Shown piece after piece: positions 38,121-49,561 of a stretch of DNA of 64,000 bases. Location of the stretch: the IMG/VR virus record IMGVR_UViG_3300001528_000534, positions 75,692 through 139,691 of that record, one strand, 5' to 3'. The position numbers and the translations under genes are program-made. The DNA comes from a virus. Lineage: Duplodnaviria > Caudoviricetes. Numbering within the stretch: position 1 is the first letter of the stretch; the number at the start of each line of letters is the position of its first letter. The notes under the pieces were generated by a model. It saw only the letters and a list, made by a program, of their open reading frames with translations, did not search any database and was not told where the DNA came from.

Positions 38121-40484
38121 TTATAGCTTCATCGCAGAAATAAGTAAATTAGTTTTTATCATAATATTTCCAGAACTAATTCTTGATAACTCTGGAACTT
38201 CCTTTGCGGATATGCATATATTATTAGCATTACTGATTAAAAGTATATTATGTTTATCACTCGGAGCGCAAAAACCTGCGGCAACATTTGTTTTATTAAT
38301 AATTATACCTTTACCTCCTCTAAGTTGAGGAGAAAATTCTGTTAAAGGAATTTTTTTGCCCAATCCTTTTTCAGAAAAGATAAATACATGAGTATCTTCT
38401 TTTTCGATAGGAATACAAGAAATTAAAGAATCTCCTTCGTCTAATTTAATTCCTTTTACGCCAATTGTGACTCTACCCGCGGAAGGTACTTCTTCAGAAT
38501 TGCATCTTAAAGACATACCCTTTTTAGTTATTAAGAGTAATTCTTCTGACTCTATGAAAGAGACATTACAAATAGAATCTCCTTCTTTTAATTTAATTGC
38601 CGCAATGCCTTTACTCTTCTTTGTTTTAGTATATTCTTCAAGAAGAGTTTTCTTTAAAATTCCATTTTTAGTAGCAAATAGTACATACTTTTTATTTTCT
38701 ATTGTACTTGCCGCAACTATATATTCATCAGAATCAAGATTAATAATAGAACTTAAATACCCACCCTTTGATGTATTAGTGCCTTCAGGAATGTCATTAA
38801 CGAGTACCTTATACATTTGTCCCTTGTTAGAAAATAAAAATAAATGTTCAATAGTATTAGTAGAAATAGTAGATATAATTACTCCATCTTCATTTTTAAT
38901 ACCTTTGCCATTTCTATTTTGAGGTTTAAAATTCTTTTTCGGAACTCTTTTAATTAAACCTGTTTTTGTAATAATAACAACAACATTTTCAGAGGGGATT
39001 TCATTTGTATCCTTATCTTCTTTAGGTATTTCTATATTTAAAAGATGAGTTCTCCTTTCATCTCCATATTTCTTTTTTAAATCAAGAATTTTTTCTATAA
39101 GTTTATCATCTCGATAATCTTTTTCATTAATAATTTTATTGCATTCCGCAATAATTTGCTTTTTTTCTTCAAATTCTTTTAGCAAATCATTCTTATCAAG
39201 TTTCGTCAATTTACCTAACTTCATATCAAGAACTGCTTTAGCTTGGACTTCATCCAAAATAAAGCGAGACATTAACTTATCTTTTGCTTCACTTGTATTT
39301 GAAGATTCTTTAATTAATTTAATTGCTTCATCTATATCTTTAATAACGATTAATAATCCTTCTAATATATGCGCTCTTTTTTCTGCCTTGTCTTTATCAA
39401 AATTAGTTGCCGCCAAAAGAACATTAGTCTGATGTGAAACATATGCTTTAATCAAATCAATCATAGAGCACATCTTTGGTGTACCATCTACGATATAATT
39501 CATATTATAAGATAAAGTAGTTTGAAGGTCTGTCAAAGCAAATAATTTATTAACTACATTTTCTGGGTTAATTCCTTTTTTAACAGTAAAAATTAATTTA
39601 TTTTTACCAAGATTTGATTCATCATTAAAATCTTCTAATAATGAGTCAAAAACATCGACATTTTTTTCTATTTGTTCTTTAATTTTATTTCTATATGTCC
39701 TATAAGGTATTGTTTTAAAAATAATATCATTATTTTTTATTTCATAAATACCTCTGACTTTTAAAGAAACAGAAGAATGCCCTGTAGCAAAAGCAGTTTT
39801 AATATCTTTGCTATTAACTACTATATTTTCAAGAGGAAAGTCTGGACCTTTTATATAAATCATTAATTCATCAAGAGAAATATCATTATTTTTTATATAA
39901 GCCACTATTCCGTCACATACTTCTGATAAATTATGAGGAAGAGAGTTATGGCTCATAGAAATACCAATAGCCTGCCTTCCATTGCATATCGCATTGGGAA
40001 ATAGCGCGGGAAGGACAACCGGTTCCATAAATTCTCCATTGTAGGTTTCTTTTAAAGGAACAACATTTTTCTTAAAATCTTCCATCATTACATCAGTATA
40101 TTTAGAAGGCTTCGCTTCGGTGTACCTTGAACTTGCAACCATATCATTATTCTCTTGTGTTCCTAAAGAACCTTGTCCTTGAACAAGGGGATATCTCATT
40201 AAATATTCCTGAGACATCTTACAAAGAACTCCATAACAAGCTTGGTCACCATGAAAATAGCTCGTCGCAAGAGTAGAACCAACAATAGCATTGCATTTCT
40301 TTGTCTTACCTTTATTATTCATTTTTAAATAATCTTCCATTGTCCATAACAGTTTTCTCTGCGCGGAAAGGAGACCATCTTCTGCCGCAGGTATTGCTCT
40401 ATCTGTCAATACTTCCGAAGCATATGTAAGGAAAGAATCTTTACTTTCATTAATGATATCAACTTCAGTAATAAAATTTTCCAT
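38121..40484 (-). CDS. gyrA: Type IIA topoisomerase subunit A (GyrA/ParC-like)
   Basis: DGL, HGD, ASSRYTE, GPDFP, beta-pinwheel repeats. Confidence 0.9.
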   Translation of the reverse strand: MENFITEVDIINESKDSFLTYASEVLTDRAIPAAEDGLLSAQRKLLWTMEDYLKMNNKGKTKKCNAIVGSTLATSYFHGDQACYGVLCKMSQEYLMRYPLVQGQGSLGTQENNDMVASSRYTEAKPSKYTDVMMEDFKKNVVPLKETYNGEFMEPVVLPALFPNAICNGRQAIGISMSHNSLPHNLSEVCDGIVAYIKNNDISLDELMIYIKGPDFPLENIVVNSKDIKTAFATGHSSVSLKVRGIYEIKNNDIIFKTIPYRTYRNKIKEQIEKNVDVFDSLLEDFNDESNLGKNKLIFTVKKGINPENVVNKLFALTDLQTTLSYNMNYIVDGTPKMCSMIDLIKAYVSHQTNVLLAATNFDKDKAEKRAHILEGLLIVIKDIDEAIKLIKESSNTSEAKDKLMSRFILDEVQAKAVLDMKLGKLTKLDKNDLLKEFEEKKQIIAECNKIINEKDYRDDKLIEKILDLKKKYGDERRTHLLNIEIPKEDKDTNEIPSENVVVIITKTGLIKRVPKKNFKPQNRNGKGIKNEDGVIISTISTNTIEHLFLFSNKGQMYKVLVNDIPEGTNTSKGGYLSSIINLDSDEYIVAASTIENKKYVLFATKNGILKKTLLEEYTKTKKSKGIAAIKLKEGDSICNVSFIESEELLLITKKGMSLRCNSEEVPSAGRVTIGVKGIKLDEGDSLISCIPIEKEDTHVFIFSEKGLGKKIPLTEFSPQLRGGKGIIINKTNVAAGFCAPSDKHNILLISNANNICISAKEVPELSRISSGNIMIKTNLLISAMKL

Positions 40485-40579
40485 AATTTTTCCTTTCTTT
40501 ATTTTTTATATTTATATTATATCACTTTTTTAATAAAAAATCAATAAGCGAAGCTTATTAAGAAGCTCCGCTTAAAATA

Positions 40580-43500
40580 TTAATCAAAATTAAAGCCTAA
40601 TTTCTCTGCATTATCATAAATGAATTGTTTACGAGGGGCTACTGCTTGACCTTGAAGCACTTCAAGCAAATTACTTGTAGCTTCCGCATCAGAAATAGTT
40701 ATTCTTTTGAATCGCTGGTCTTTAAAACAAACTTTATGTAAGTCTTCTGCGTCGAGTTCACCTACGTATAATTCCTTTATTTCTAAAGGTACTGACCATT
40801 TCTTCAACTTTAAAAGTTGTCTACCGTTTCCCGCCTCGTATCAATAGAGGAGGTACTCTCCTACAAAGGAGATGGTCGATACAGGTTTTATACTTCTACG
40901 TTTTTCCAATTATATCCTAACCAAGTTTGTTGAAAACACTTTTCTTTAATGCCAGTAAATTTATAATCTTCATAAACTTCTTTCCAATGTTCACCGTTCT
41001 TTTTTCTTAAACGAATAGCTTTTACATCATCTTCATTTAATAATGCACGCCCGTTTTGGCTACCTTTTTGTCCTGTATTGTGTTTATGAAAATATTTATT
41101 TTCTTCTGTATAAACTTCTGGCATTATACTTTTCCATGTTTCCCCCTTCCAGACTTTTGAAAATCCAGAATGACCTATTTTATTTTGATATAATTTTTCT
41201 ACTTCTTTACATCTTTCATGGTTATTATATCGTGTGCGAATATCTATTACATCTTGAGCTGTTAATTTATGCTTAGGATGATTTTCTTCTGCTACCCCAT
41301 TTCCTCCAGTAGTAATATTATAACCATGTTGATAAGTTAAAGTTTGCAATTTTTGAATCCAAAATTTTTCTTTTTCATTTAATTCTTCTATATTGCATTC
41401 TTCTATTATTTCAAAAGTAAAATTTTTTATACCATATTTTTTAAAAGCTTTGTATAAAGGCTTATCTTTAAATCTTTCTTGCTCATATGGAGATTTATGT
41501 TGAGCGAATCTTCTTTCTATATTATTTGATTGACCAATATACATTTTTTTATTTACTTGGTTAGTAATTTTATAAATACCTATCATATTCTTATCTCCTT
41601 TTATATTTTAGGAGATAATCTTATTTGTAGTTAGTATAACTTCCCACGAGATTATCTTCTATTATAATATAAAATTTATATAATTCAGGTTAACCCGATA
41701 TGATTAAAATTTTATATTATAACGGTCAGACTGCCTCGTTAGCCACATAAAGTGACCCCGCTGATAAGCGGAAAAGTAGATAAGGACCAGACTATCTCTT
41801 ATCCTTTTGCTCTTAAAATATCATAACCTGTTTTATGATTCATTTTATAAGCGTCCATTTCTTCTTCTGTATAAAAATATAATTCTTCTTTTCCAGTTTG
41901 TACAATGTATAGAGGGGTTACCGCCCTATATAATTTTCCAGCTTCAATTAAAGGTCTCATATAGGTAAAAAAGAATGTAATTAATAATAACTCAATGTCT
42001 GCACCGTCTGAATCCGCATCTGTTGTAATAACTATTTTATCAAAATTCATTTTATCAATATTAAAATTGTCATTACCAAAACCTGCGCCAATTACATTTA
42101 TTATATCCGACATTTCTTGATTATTTAAAATTTTGTCAATCGCTGTTTTTAGAGGACTTATTATTTTTCCTCTTAACATATAAATACAATCTGTCTTTTC
42201 GTTTCTGGCTTCAATTGCAGAGCTTCCTGCACTTAACATATGAATCCATTATTTCTAATGGTATAGACTATTTCTTTGGCTCAAGTTTGTCAAACTTTCA
42301 CAGCCATCTACTTTTTCCCCGTTTAACTAGCTTCGTTACCTAAAACTAGAGTGCGTATCAATAGCACTGGTACTTCCCGACAAAGGGAATAGTCGTTACA
42401 GCTTTTCAGATAATATTTTTAAATCTTTCTTTATTCACAATTCTACGAACTTCTTCTTCTAAAATTGGCAAATTTAATATCTCAATAATATCTCTATTTG
42501 AGAAGCCATTTTTAAAAAGTTCTCTAATTGCATAAACAGTTTCTTTATTTATTTTCCCCGCATTTAAACTAGCTTGTTCAGAAGATAAACCTTTTCCTTG
42601 ATGGGAATGCCAATAAATATTTTCTTCTGAATGATATTCTGGTAATACAGTCTTCCATGTTTGCCAATTCCAAATTTTATAAAAGCCAGATTCACTAATT
42701 CTATCTTGATATTTTTTATATACATCTCTTTTTAAAAAATGTTTATTATATTCTTCTCTTATATTAATAACATCTTTTTTAGTAATTTTAGCTTTCCCGT
42801 TTCTTTCTCCAGATGCTTTATTTTGATTTGCTGTATTTCCGCCTTCATTCATATTGTATCCATTTTTAAAAGAATCGTATTGTTTAATATAAAATTGTTC
42901 TAATTCGTCTAGCTTGTTTCTATTATCTTCCTGTAAAGTTTCAAGGATTTCCCATTCAAAATTTTCTTTTCCATATTTCCTAATAGCTTGATAAATATGA
43001 TAATTATAAGTAGGAAGATTTTCTCTAAAAGCTGTCCAAAAATGAGTTTTAACTCTTCTTTCAATATTGATTGATTGTCCAATATAACTTTTATTATTTA
43101 TTTTATTTACTATTCTATAAATCCCTATTGACATTAACTTCTCCTCCTTTCTAAAAATATTATATATTATCTGAATTTGCCACGAGATTGACTTCAACTT
43201 AATATGCTTTGACATTCATAAATACTTGCTAAGTCTGCCTCGTTAGCTTACTTATTTAAAGTAAACCCCACTGATTAGTGGAAAAATAGATAGGGGCCTA
43301 AGTCACTTTGTACCCTCAACTAACAAGAGATTTCTTTCTTTTGGATTCTTATTAGCACAATCAATGAATTTATTACTTAAAGACATTTTTGCTTTTAAAC
43401 CTTTTTCTTTAGGTTTAATATTCCTCGCAGCTTCTCTTGCCTTTTTTGCAGCTTCTCTTGCCTTTCTCGCATTAATAGCTTTATCAGCAATCATTTTAAT

Positions 43501-44586
43501 TTCTTTTTCATTAATAGACAGCCAAGTTTGAAGATTTTCAACAAAAGAAGAAATTTCAAATTTTGTATCAATAGATGTAATTCTACTCTTTACTTGTGCA
43601 TCATATGCAACGCTTGGAGCAGTATAATTAAATACTATATACATTCCTTCTTGGATATCTTCTCCTGAAAGGTTCTCATCTTTATCTTTTAGCCACTTTT
43701 TCTCTCTGAAAAATTTATTCATTTCTCTTGTAAGAGCAGTTTTAAGCTGAGTGATATGAGCACCAGTATCAGTTAAACCTGTATTGACATAAGCTACAAT
43801 AGAAGACGAATAATTTTCAGTATAAGTCATGACAAGATTAAACTTATACTTATTTTCAGCACCTCCGCTGTTATTAATAATTAATCTATTTTTAATTAAT
43901 TCTTTATTCTTAACTGTTTCATCAACTAAATCATTTAATCCATTTGTTGAATAGTAATGATAATAGTCTTTACCATTTCGTAAGTTTATTTTTAGACCGG
44001 GACATAGACAGCTAATTGTTTTAAATAGAGTTTTAATCTTTTCTATTTCAACAATAGTATTATTAAAAAATTCTGCGGAAGGCTTCCACTTTACTATTGT
44101 TCCATGAAGTTCTTTTGGACATTTTGAAACTTCCCTCTTCTCAAAAACGCCTTCTTTAAAAGCAATGCATTCACATAGTCCGTCTCTAACTGTTTTTACC
44201 ACAAGCCAATTACTTAAAAAGGTAGTAATTTTACTACCAATGCCGAAAGAACCTAAAGAAGTTCCTTCATAAGAGCCGTCTTCTCGATATTTTCCTGACG
44301 TATTTAATACGCTAAAAGCAGCTTCTAGAACTGTTTTTCCGTCTTCTCTAAAAGAATTACAAATAAAACCTTGTCCAAGGTCTTGTACTTCAACAATATC
44401 TTCATCAATGTTTACATTTATTTCTTCTCCGTGTCCTGCATTAAATTCATCAACAGCATTAGAAAATATTTCTACTAAAAGTTGAGTTGAATAAGTACAA
44501 TCTCCCGCATAGACTCCGGGTCTTAGACGAGTAAACTCAAGAGGACTAAGTGATTCTATACTATTTTCATCATATAATTTTCCCAT
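40580..44586 (-). CDS. gyrB: Type IIA topoisomerase subunit B (GyrB/ParE-like); exons 44586-43312, 42236-41801, 40764-40580
   Basis: RPGVY, EIFSNAVDE, VEG-LSAG, LRGK, DADSDG, AKG-LGE after splicing. Confidence 0.9.
40765..41800 (-). mobile_element. Group I intron 2 in gyrB
   Basis: T|TA junction restores KGLGE; core GTATCGACCAT...GATGGTCAG. Confidence 0.87.
40888..41586 (-). CDS. Intron-encoded GIY-YIG homing endonuclease
   Basis: MIGIYKITN...YIGQS. Confidence 0.9.
   Translation of the reverse strand: MIGIYKITNQVNKKMYIGQSNNIERRFAQHKSPYEQERFKDKPLYKAFKKYGIKNFTFEIIEECNIEELNEKEKFWIQKLQTLTYQHGYNITTGGNGVAEENHPKHKLTAQDVIDIRTRYNNHERCKEVEKLYQNKIGHSGFSKVWKGETWKSIMPEVYTEENKYFHKHNTGQKGSQNGRALLNEDDVKAIRLRKKNGEHWKEVYEDYKFTGIKEKCFQQTWLGYNWKNVEV
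42237..43311 (-). mobile_element. Group I intron 1 in gyrB
   Basis: Restores VEG-LSAG; core GTAACGACTATT...AATAGTCT. Confidence 0.87.
42406..43134 (-). CDS. Intron-encoded GIY-YIG homing endonuclease
   Basis: MSIGIYRIVN...YIGQS; AGGAGG RBS. Confidence 0.88.
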   Translation of the reverse strand: MSIGIYRIVNKINNKSYIGQSINIERRVKTHFWTAFRENLPTYNYHIYQAIRKYGKENFEWEILETLQEDNRNKLDELEQFYIKQYDSFKNGYNMNEGGNTANQNKASGERNGKAKITKKDVINIREEYNKHFLKRDVYKKYQDRISESGFYKIWNWQTWKTVLPEYHSEENIYWHSHQGKGLSSEQASLNAGKINKETVYAIRELFKNGFSNRDIIEILNLPILEEEVRRIVNKERFKNII

Positions 44587-44597
44587 ATGTTCTCCTT

Positions 44598-45332
44598 TCA
44601 ATCAACAGGATAATGCTCTCCTAATACTAAAACATTATTGTATAAACAAGTACATTCTTTAAAAGTATTGTCTATATGAAGATGTCCGCAATACCAATGA
44701 CCATAATTAACATATTGCTCTAAATAATCAAAGAATTTACTTAGAACATTTTTGTCTGGCGTACTTGTAAAATATTTCTTAAAAAACCAATTAGGTGCGG
44801 CATGAGATATAATATAATCAACATTATAATCTACTTTAGTTAAATTATCTAAAGCCGCATCAATTTCTGTTTTATTAGGGAGTTCTTCTCTCCACCAATC
44901 TATATATTCTTTCCGATATTCTTTATCATGAGATTCCGCTCCACCAAAAGTAAAGAAAGTTTGCTCTTCTATTGTGAAGACTTGACCTCTCATAAGATGT
45001 AAAAGTTTTTTGTTTTCTGTAATAACATGAACTTTTCCTCCATTCCACTCTTCTATTGGATATTCATTCAAAAGAGGAAAATTTTCATGATTGCCGTCTA
45101 CAAACAATGTAGTGTAAGGTTTACTTGCAAACCATTTAAGATAATATTGGTCAGTCTTAGAACCGTCCCATATATATCCAAAATCTCCGCATACAATAAG
45201 ATAGTCTTTTTCTGTCATAATAATACCTTGTTTTCTAAGACCCTTAGTTGTAATTTTTTTTGCATCATTATGTACCCCACCATGAAGGTCTCCGCAAATA
45301 TATATCATTTTTATTTCTTTTCCTTTTTTCAT
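44598..45332 (-). CDS. Calcineurin-like metallophosphoesterase
   Basis: GDLHG, GDFG, GNHE, GHLH. Confidence 0.88.
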   Translation of the reverse strand: MKKGKEIKMIYICGDLHGGVHNDAKKITTKGLRKQGIIMTEKDYLIVCGDFGYIWDGSKTDQYYLKWFASKPYTTLFVDGNHENFPLLNEYPIEEWNGGKVHVITENKKLLHLMRGQVFTIEEQTFFTFGGAESHDKEYRKEYIDWWREELPNKTEIDAALDNLTKVDYNVDYIISHAAPNWFFKKYFTSTPDKNVLSKFFDYLEQYVNYGHWYCGHLHIDNTFKECTCLYNNVLVLGEHYPVD

Positions 45333-45431
45333 TTTTTTCTATACTTATTATACCACAAATTTTTTAAAAAATCAAGAATAAGGGGCAAGTATGCTATTTT
45401 TTACTTAATAACTTTACTTGTCCCTTATTCT

Positions 45432-45788
45432 TTATTCTTTATTTATATAATTATTAATGTTTTCTTCTGTAACTTTACCTTGTAGTATTTCTGACAAATC
45501 TTCAAGCGCTTCATCAACCATAGATGAAAATTGTTCAAAAGTAATTAATGAGGCAACCCAAGGAAATCTTGACAAGAATAAATCATATACAGCTCTAAGT
45601 TTAAGTTGTCCTGTATGAGAGCCATAAATATTTTCTACTTCCGCAACAGCATTAATGAGCCATTCTTTTATACAATGTAACTATTCTTGAGTAGGCATCT
45701 TTAAAAATTTAATTATAAAAACAATAGCTAAGACAATTGCGGCAGCTGCAATAAAAATTAGCCACCAGTTTTCGGCAATAAATGACAT
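45432..45788 (-). CDS. Holin-like protein (LL-H type, single N-terminal TM) with one TAG
   Basis: WWLIFIAAAAIVLAIVF...AVAEVEK.YG..TGQLKL. Confidence 0.65.
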
Positions 45789-46213
45789 TTCTTTTTTCCT
45801 CCTTTCTTCTTCATAGATTTTATTAGCTCCTCTCTTTCAGAGGGTGCTTTCTTAATGTATTCTTTAAGAGCATCGCGTTTCTTCTTTTCTCTCATAATTT
45901 TTTCGCTTAAATAATTAATTCTAGTTTTAAGCTGCTTTATATGGCGAGCCTTTTCATTAAAAGGAATGCTCTGCTTTAAAGTTGTATAAAAAAGCTTTAG
46001 CTCTGCTTGTCTTGCTGAAAAATCATTAATGAGGTCTGTTTCATAATCAATATAGGCTCTTGCTCGAGCAAGCTATATGCCGAAAAAAGAAGAAGGAGCA
46101 TCTTCTGGGTGACAAAAAGCTTCGCCCATATAAATTTTCTGACCTACTGAAAATACATAAACAGAGCGCCCTGTGTCAGGATAAAATTCAGCAATTAATT
46201 CCTTATGTTTCAT
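45758..46213 (-). CDS. Hypothetical protein (AFCHPED motif)
   Basis: Open with one TAG. Confidence 0.6.
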
Positions 46214-46217
46214 CTAC

Positions 46218-46748
46218 TTAATCCTTTCTAATATTCATTTCTTTAAAAATTTGGTCTATTGATACAGGATAACAGTTATGAGCATCCATACCTACATTAT
46301 AAGAATTTACAAAATTATCCTTTATAATTGCAGAAGTCTGATGAGTATGCCCAAAAAAGTTATAATATCTACAATGTTCATCTTGGTTAGCCAAACAAAG
46401 TGGATAATGGCTCAACCATATTTCTTTTCCGCCATACTTCCATCTCTGACAAAAAGAAACTTCTTCAACATTAGGTTGCTTTAAATATAACTTAATGCGA
46501 GCTGTTGTATCATGATTACCTGCTATAATATAAATATGTCCATTTAGTCTATTGAGACAAGAGATACCCTCTACGTCCTTACCAAGCATGACATCTCCCA
46601 AATGGAAAACGGTATCATCAGTAGATACAATACTATTCCACTTTTTAATAATATTTTCATTCATTTCCTGAACATTCTTATAGCCTCTTGCTTCATAAAT
46701 GAAAGGCTTATTATGACAAAAATGAGTGTCTGATGTAAAAAAAATCAT
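46218..46748 (-). CDS. Metallophosphoesterase
   Basis: SDTHF.H, LGD, GNHD, HYP, GHTH. Confidence 0.88.
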   Translation of the reverse strand: MIFFTSDTHFCHNKPFIYEARGYKNVQEMNENIIKKWNSIVSTDDTVFHLGDVMLGKDVEGISCLNRLNGHIYIIAGNHDTTARIKLYLKQPNVEEVSFCQRWKYGGKEIWLSHYPLCLANQDEHCRYYNFFGHTHQTSAIIKDNFVNSYNVGMDAHNCYPVSIDQIFKEMNIRKD

Positions 46749-46872
46749 ATTTAGTTTTAATATTCCTTTCTATATATATAATATATTTATATTAAAGTTG
46801 CTTGAGATATTACCCCCTAAAGAGAAAAAAGGGAAAAAGAGAAAAGTTATTCTCGATTTCTTTTATGTTTTA

Positions 46873-46901
46873 ATTATATCATAAAATTTTTAGATTGTCA
46901 A
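46873..46901 (-). promoter_or_regulatory. SigA-type promoter TTGACA-N17-TATAAT upstream of the phosphoesterase-holin genes
   Basis: Perfect consensus with TG extension. Confidence 0.8.
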
Positions 46902-46903
46902 GT

Positions 46904-47413
46904 TTATGGTGCGACGACGATGACTTCTTTAAAATGTTCTCTTTCTGAAGGATACTGAATTTTTTTGCACATATTGCATATTGAGTTATAAGGAACTTTT
47001 CTCAATCCTTCTCTTTTATTATTTCTTTCAAGACAGATAGAGATAGGAGAGGTAAAGAATATGGCAACATATTCAACTTCCTCGTCAGAAAAACCTAATT
47101 CTCTTTTAAGTTTATTGCGAGAAAAAATAGATAAATTAGTAGAATCTACAAAAACATCTTTATTGTTCTTAGCACAACTTTTGATTTGAAAAATAAATTC
47201 CTTAACTACGTCATCTTCTTTAGAGAAATACTCTGTTGTAGTTAATTTTATTTTATCTGCATCTTTATTACCAATTAACATTTTAAATCGTATTTCATCT
47301 CGTGAAATAACTTTATAGTTTTTTGATAATTCATTAGCATGGTTTTTCAGCCATGTAGATTTACCAATGCCGGGCGCGCCAATCATTATAAAAATTTTTA
47401 TCATATTTCGCAT
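46904..47413 (-). CDS. Polynucleotide kinase-like P-loop protein (AAA_33)
   Basis: GAPGIGKST, SRDEIR, DSTN, RN..R. Confidence 0.8.
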   Translation of the reverse strand: MRNMIKIFIMIGAPGIGKSTWLKNHANELSKNYKVISRDEIRFKMLIGNKDADKIKLTTTEYFSKEDDVVKEFIFQIKSCAKNNKDVFVDSTNLSIFSRNKLKRELGFSDEEVEYVAIFFTSPISICLERNNKREGLRKVPYNSICNMCKKIQYPSEREHFKEVIVVAP

Positions 47414-47745
47414 TCTCCTTCCAATTTAGCGTTCCAGCATTTACCATTAACATTGTTAAAACAAGAAGTGTTTTTACATGATTTTAATTTATCAATAGGT
47501 ACTCTTTCGCCATTAACAAATCTACCTTTCATAAACTCTTCCATAAAAGTTTCTTTGGTATAGGAACCAAAAGAAGTTACTTCTGCATGATTACATCTTT
47601 TGCGGCAGTATGGACAGAAAAGAATTTTCAAGTGTCCTCCGCTACGTAAATTACTTCTCTTACGAGGTATGGGAATACCAGCCTTTCCGCATTCTGTACA
47701 ATAAAAATCGCTAACCGACATTGAATATCTTTTCATATTTATCAA
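47401..47745 (-). CDS. Hypothetical Zn-ribbon protein
   Basis: CTECG...HLK.LFCPYC. Confidence 0.65.
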   Translation of the reverse strand: MINMKRYSMSVSDFYCTECGKAGIPIPRKRSNLRSGGHLKILFCPYCRKRCNHAEVTSFGSYTKETFMEEFMKGRFVNGERVPIDKLKSCKNTSCFNNVNGKCWNAKLEGECEI

Positions 47746-47846
47746 TTCCTTTTCTTTTTTATTTTCTATAATAATTATATCATATATTTTAAAAAAAATA
47801 AAGTTATTTATGCTTTTTGAGCATAAATAACTTTATTATAGTATTA

Positions 47847-48095
47847 TTAAGATATTACCGTGAAAGGTAAAATGTAATCCAGCAAAATTTCTTTCTCTTC
47901 TTTCCCAATAGAAGAAGGTACTTCCAATTCTGCGGGCTTTGATAAATCAATTGAAAGCACTCCCATTAAAGAAGATGCATTTACTGTTTCTGCCCCTTGC
48001 CGCAAGAGAATTTCATTACTGCAAGACATATGAGAGCAGGTATCAACGAACTGTATAATATCAATAATACGATTTATAATAATTGTATATTTCAT
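47847..48095 (-). CDS. HPr-like protein
   Basis: VNASSLMGVLSI resembles the HPr Ser46 motif; 82 aa. Confidence 0.65.
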   Translation of the reverse strand: MKYTIIINRIIDIIQFVDTCSHMSCSNEILLRQGAETVNASSLMGVLSIDLSKPAELEVPSSIGKEEKEILLDYILPFTVIS

Positions 48096-48115
48096 AATTT
48101 ATATATCCTTTCTAA

Positions 48116-49303
48116 TTACTGATGATATTTAAGAAGAAATTCAGGTGAAACGCATTTAAAAGACTTTGCTCCATCAAATGAGCGGAACACAATACCTTCT
48201 TTAATTTTTCCATCTATTGCGGATGGCGCGCTATTGACGAAATTTCTAAGCTCCTCTATTGTCGCAGGAAGTTTATAAGATTCATCAATAATAGGTACTG
48301 AAGGAATGTCATATTCATTGAGAACCTGAGTCATTTCTATTGTATTTAATCTCTTAACCTCTTTATATCCTTTATGGTTATACCCGTAAATAAGATTAAA
48401 AGCTCTAAAATCATGGTCTTTTGTAGAGTAATCTCTTTTCTGAATATTACCTCCAAAAGTTTCTCCCTGAATTGTAACATATTCAAGATTAGGGTTTGAT
48501 TCAAGCATCTCTTTAAGAACTGCTGCTACATTATATTTCTTTGCCATTTCAAGATATACGTTGGAATCATAATAGCAAGGCTTATCAGGCTTATCAAATA
48601 CGACATTACGAGAGCATACTCGATAGTCATATTTATTTTTCTTAATTCTCTTCATTGTAAAAGTAGTAGATGTTCCGTCTATCTTTTCTGTGGCTATCCA
48701 TTTTTCAGGAGTTTTAAGCACCCAAGGCATATTCTCTACTCTCTCTTCGTCTGTCTTCTTTACCCATTCAGGAAAAGCAGCCTTTTTATCTTTCTTCTTT
48801 CCAAAGAAAAAGAAAAGAATCTTCCGTCCAATTTCAGTTTTCATGATAGACTTAATGAACTTATTTTTGAAAAGCTTTGAATGTCTTGCCGCCATAGACT
48901 TGTACTTATCTGCGGAATTTGCTTTTCTCTTATTATCTTCTTCAACAGAGTAAGTAACTCCAAGAAGCTCTGTTACATCAGTTTTTTCTTTATTCGGGAT
49001 TTCGATATCTGTAAAAGCTGAGATAGGGAGAGCAAGTCCTTGAGAAATAACCTTAAATTTTCCAAGCTTCATAGTTTTTACTTTATAATTTCTTTTTTCC
49101 ATGAAAGCAGACCAGTCAGCAATAGGAAGCTTAGAGTCAATCTCAAAATAAACGCAAAGGTCTCCCCGCTGAAATTCGCCGATTTTGGCGATACAAGTCC
49201 AACCTAATACATGGACAAGTTCAATGTTATCTGCTCCCTCGATAGGAGTTATATCTGTGATTCGGGCAGTATAAGCAAGCGCTCTTTTTTCATTTATAAG
49301 CAT
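48116..49303 (-). CDS. RNA ligase (Rnl2/DRB0094-like) with N-terminal OB fold
   Basis: IEGADNIE, TEKIDGTS, SRN, QGE, EGIV, FK. Confidence 0.88.
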   Translation of the reverse strand: MLINEKRALAYTARITDITPIEGADNIELVHVLGWTCIAKIGEFQRGDLCVYFEIDSKLPIADWSAFMEKRNYKVKTMKLGKFKVISQGLALPISAFTDIEIPNKEKTDVTELLGVTYSVEEDNKRKANSADKYKSMAARHSKLFKNKFIKSIMKTEIGRKILFFFFGKKKDKKAAFPEWVKKTDEERVENMPWVLKTPEKWIATEKIDGTSTTFTMKRIKKNKYDYRVCSRNVVFDKPDKPCYYDSNVYLEMAKKYNVAAVLKEMLESNPNLEYVTIQGETFGGNIQKRDYSTKDHDFRAFNLIYGYNHKGYKEVKRLNTIEMTQVLNEYDIPSVPIIDESYKLPATIEELRNFVNSAPSAIDGKIKEGIVFRSFDGAKSFKCVSPEFLLKYHQ

Positions 49304-49462
49304 ATTTTATACACTCCTTTTGTTTTTCTATATATATTATATTATATTTTTTATAAAAAATCAAGATAAAATTAATGGCAGATTTTATTTTTCTTTTTAT
49401 TAAATATATTATAATATAAATTTTTAAAAAAATCAAAAATTTTTGATAGCATCTGATTTTTA

Positions 49463-49491
49463 TTGACTTTATCGTAAATATATGATATAAT
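49463..49491 (+). promoter_or_regulatory. SigA-type promoter heading the + strand fibre/endolysin block
   Basis: TTGACT-N17-TATAAT with TG extension. Confidence 0.75.
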
Positions 49492-49561
49492 ATATTTATA
49501 AGTTAAGCAAATATAATTAATATCTTTATATTATTTTTGAATTATATTTGAGGTGAAATTA

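Noticed and set aside
19973-44586. Inteins in polymerase, helicase or topoisomerase
   Set aside because: The insertions contain stops and ribozyme cores, not in-frame C...HN segments
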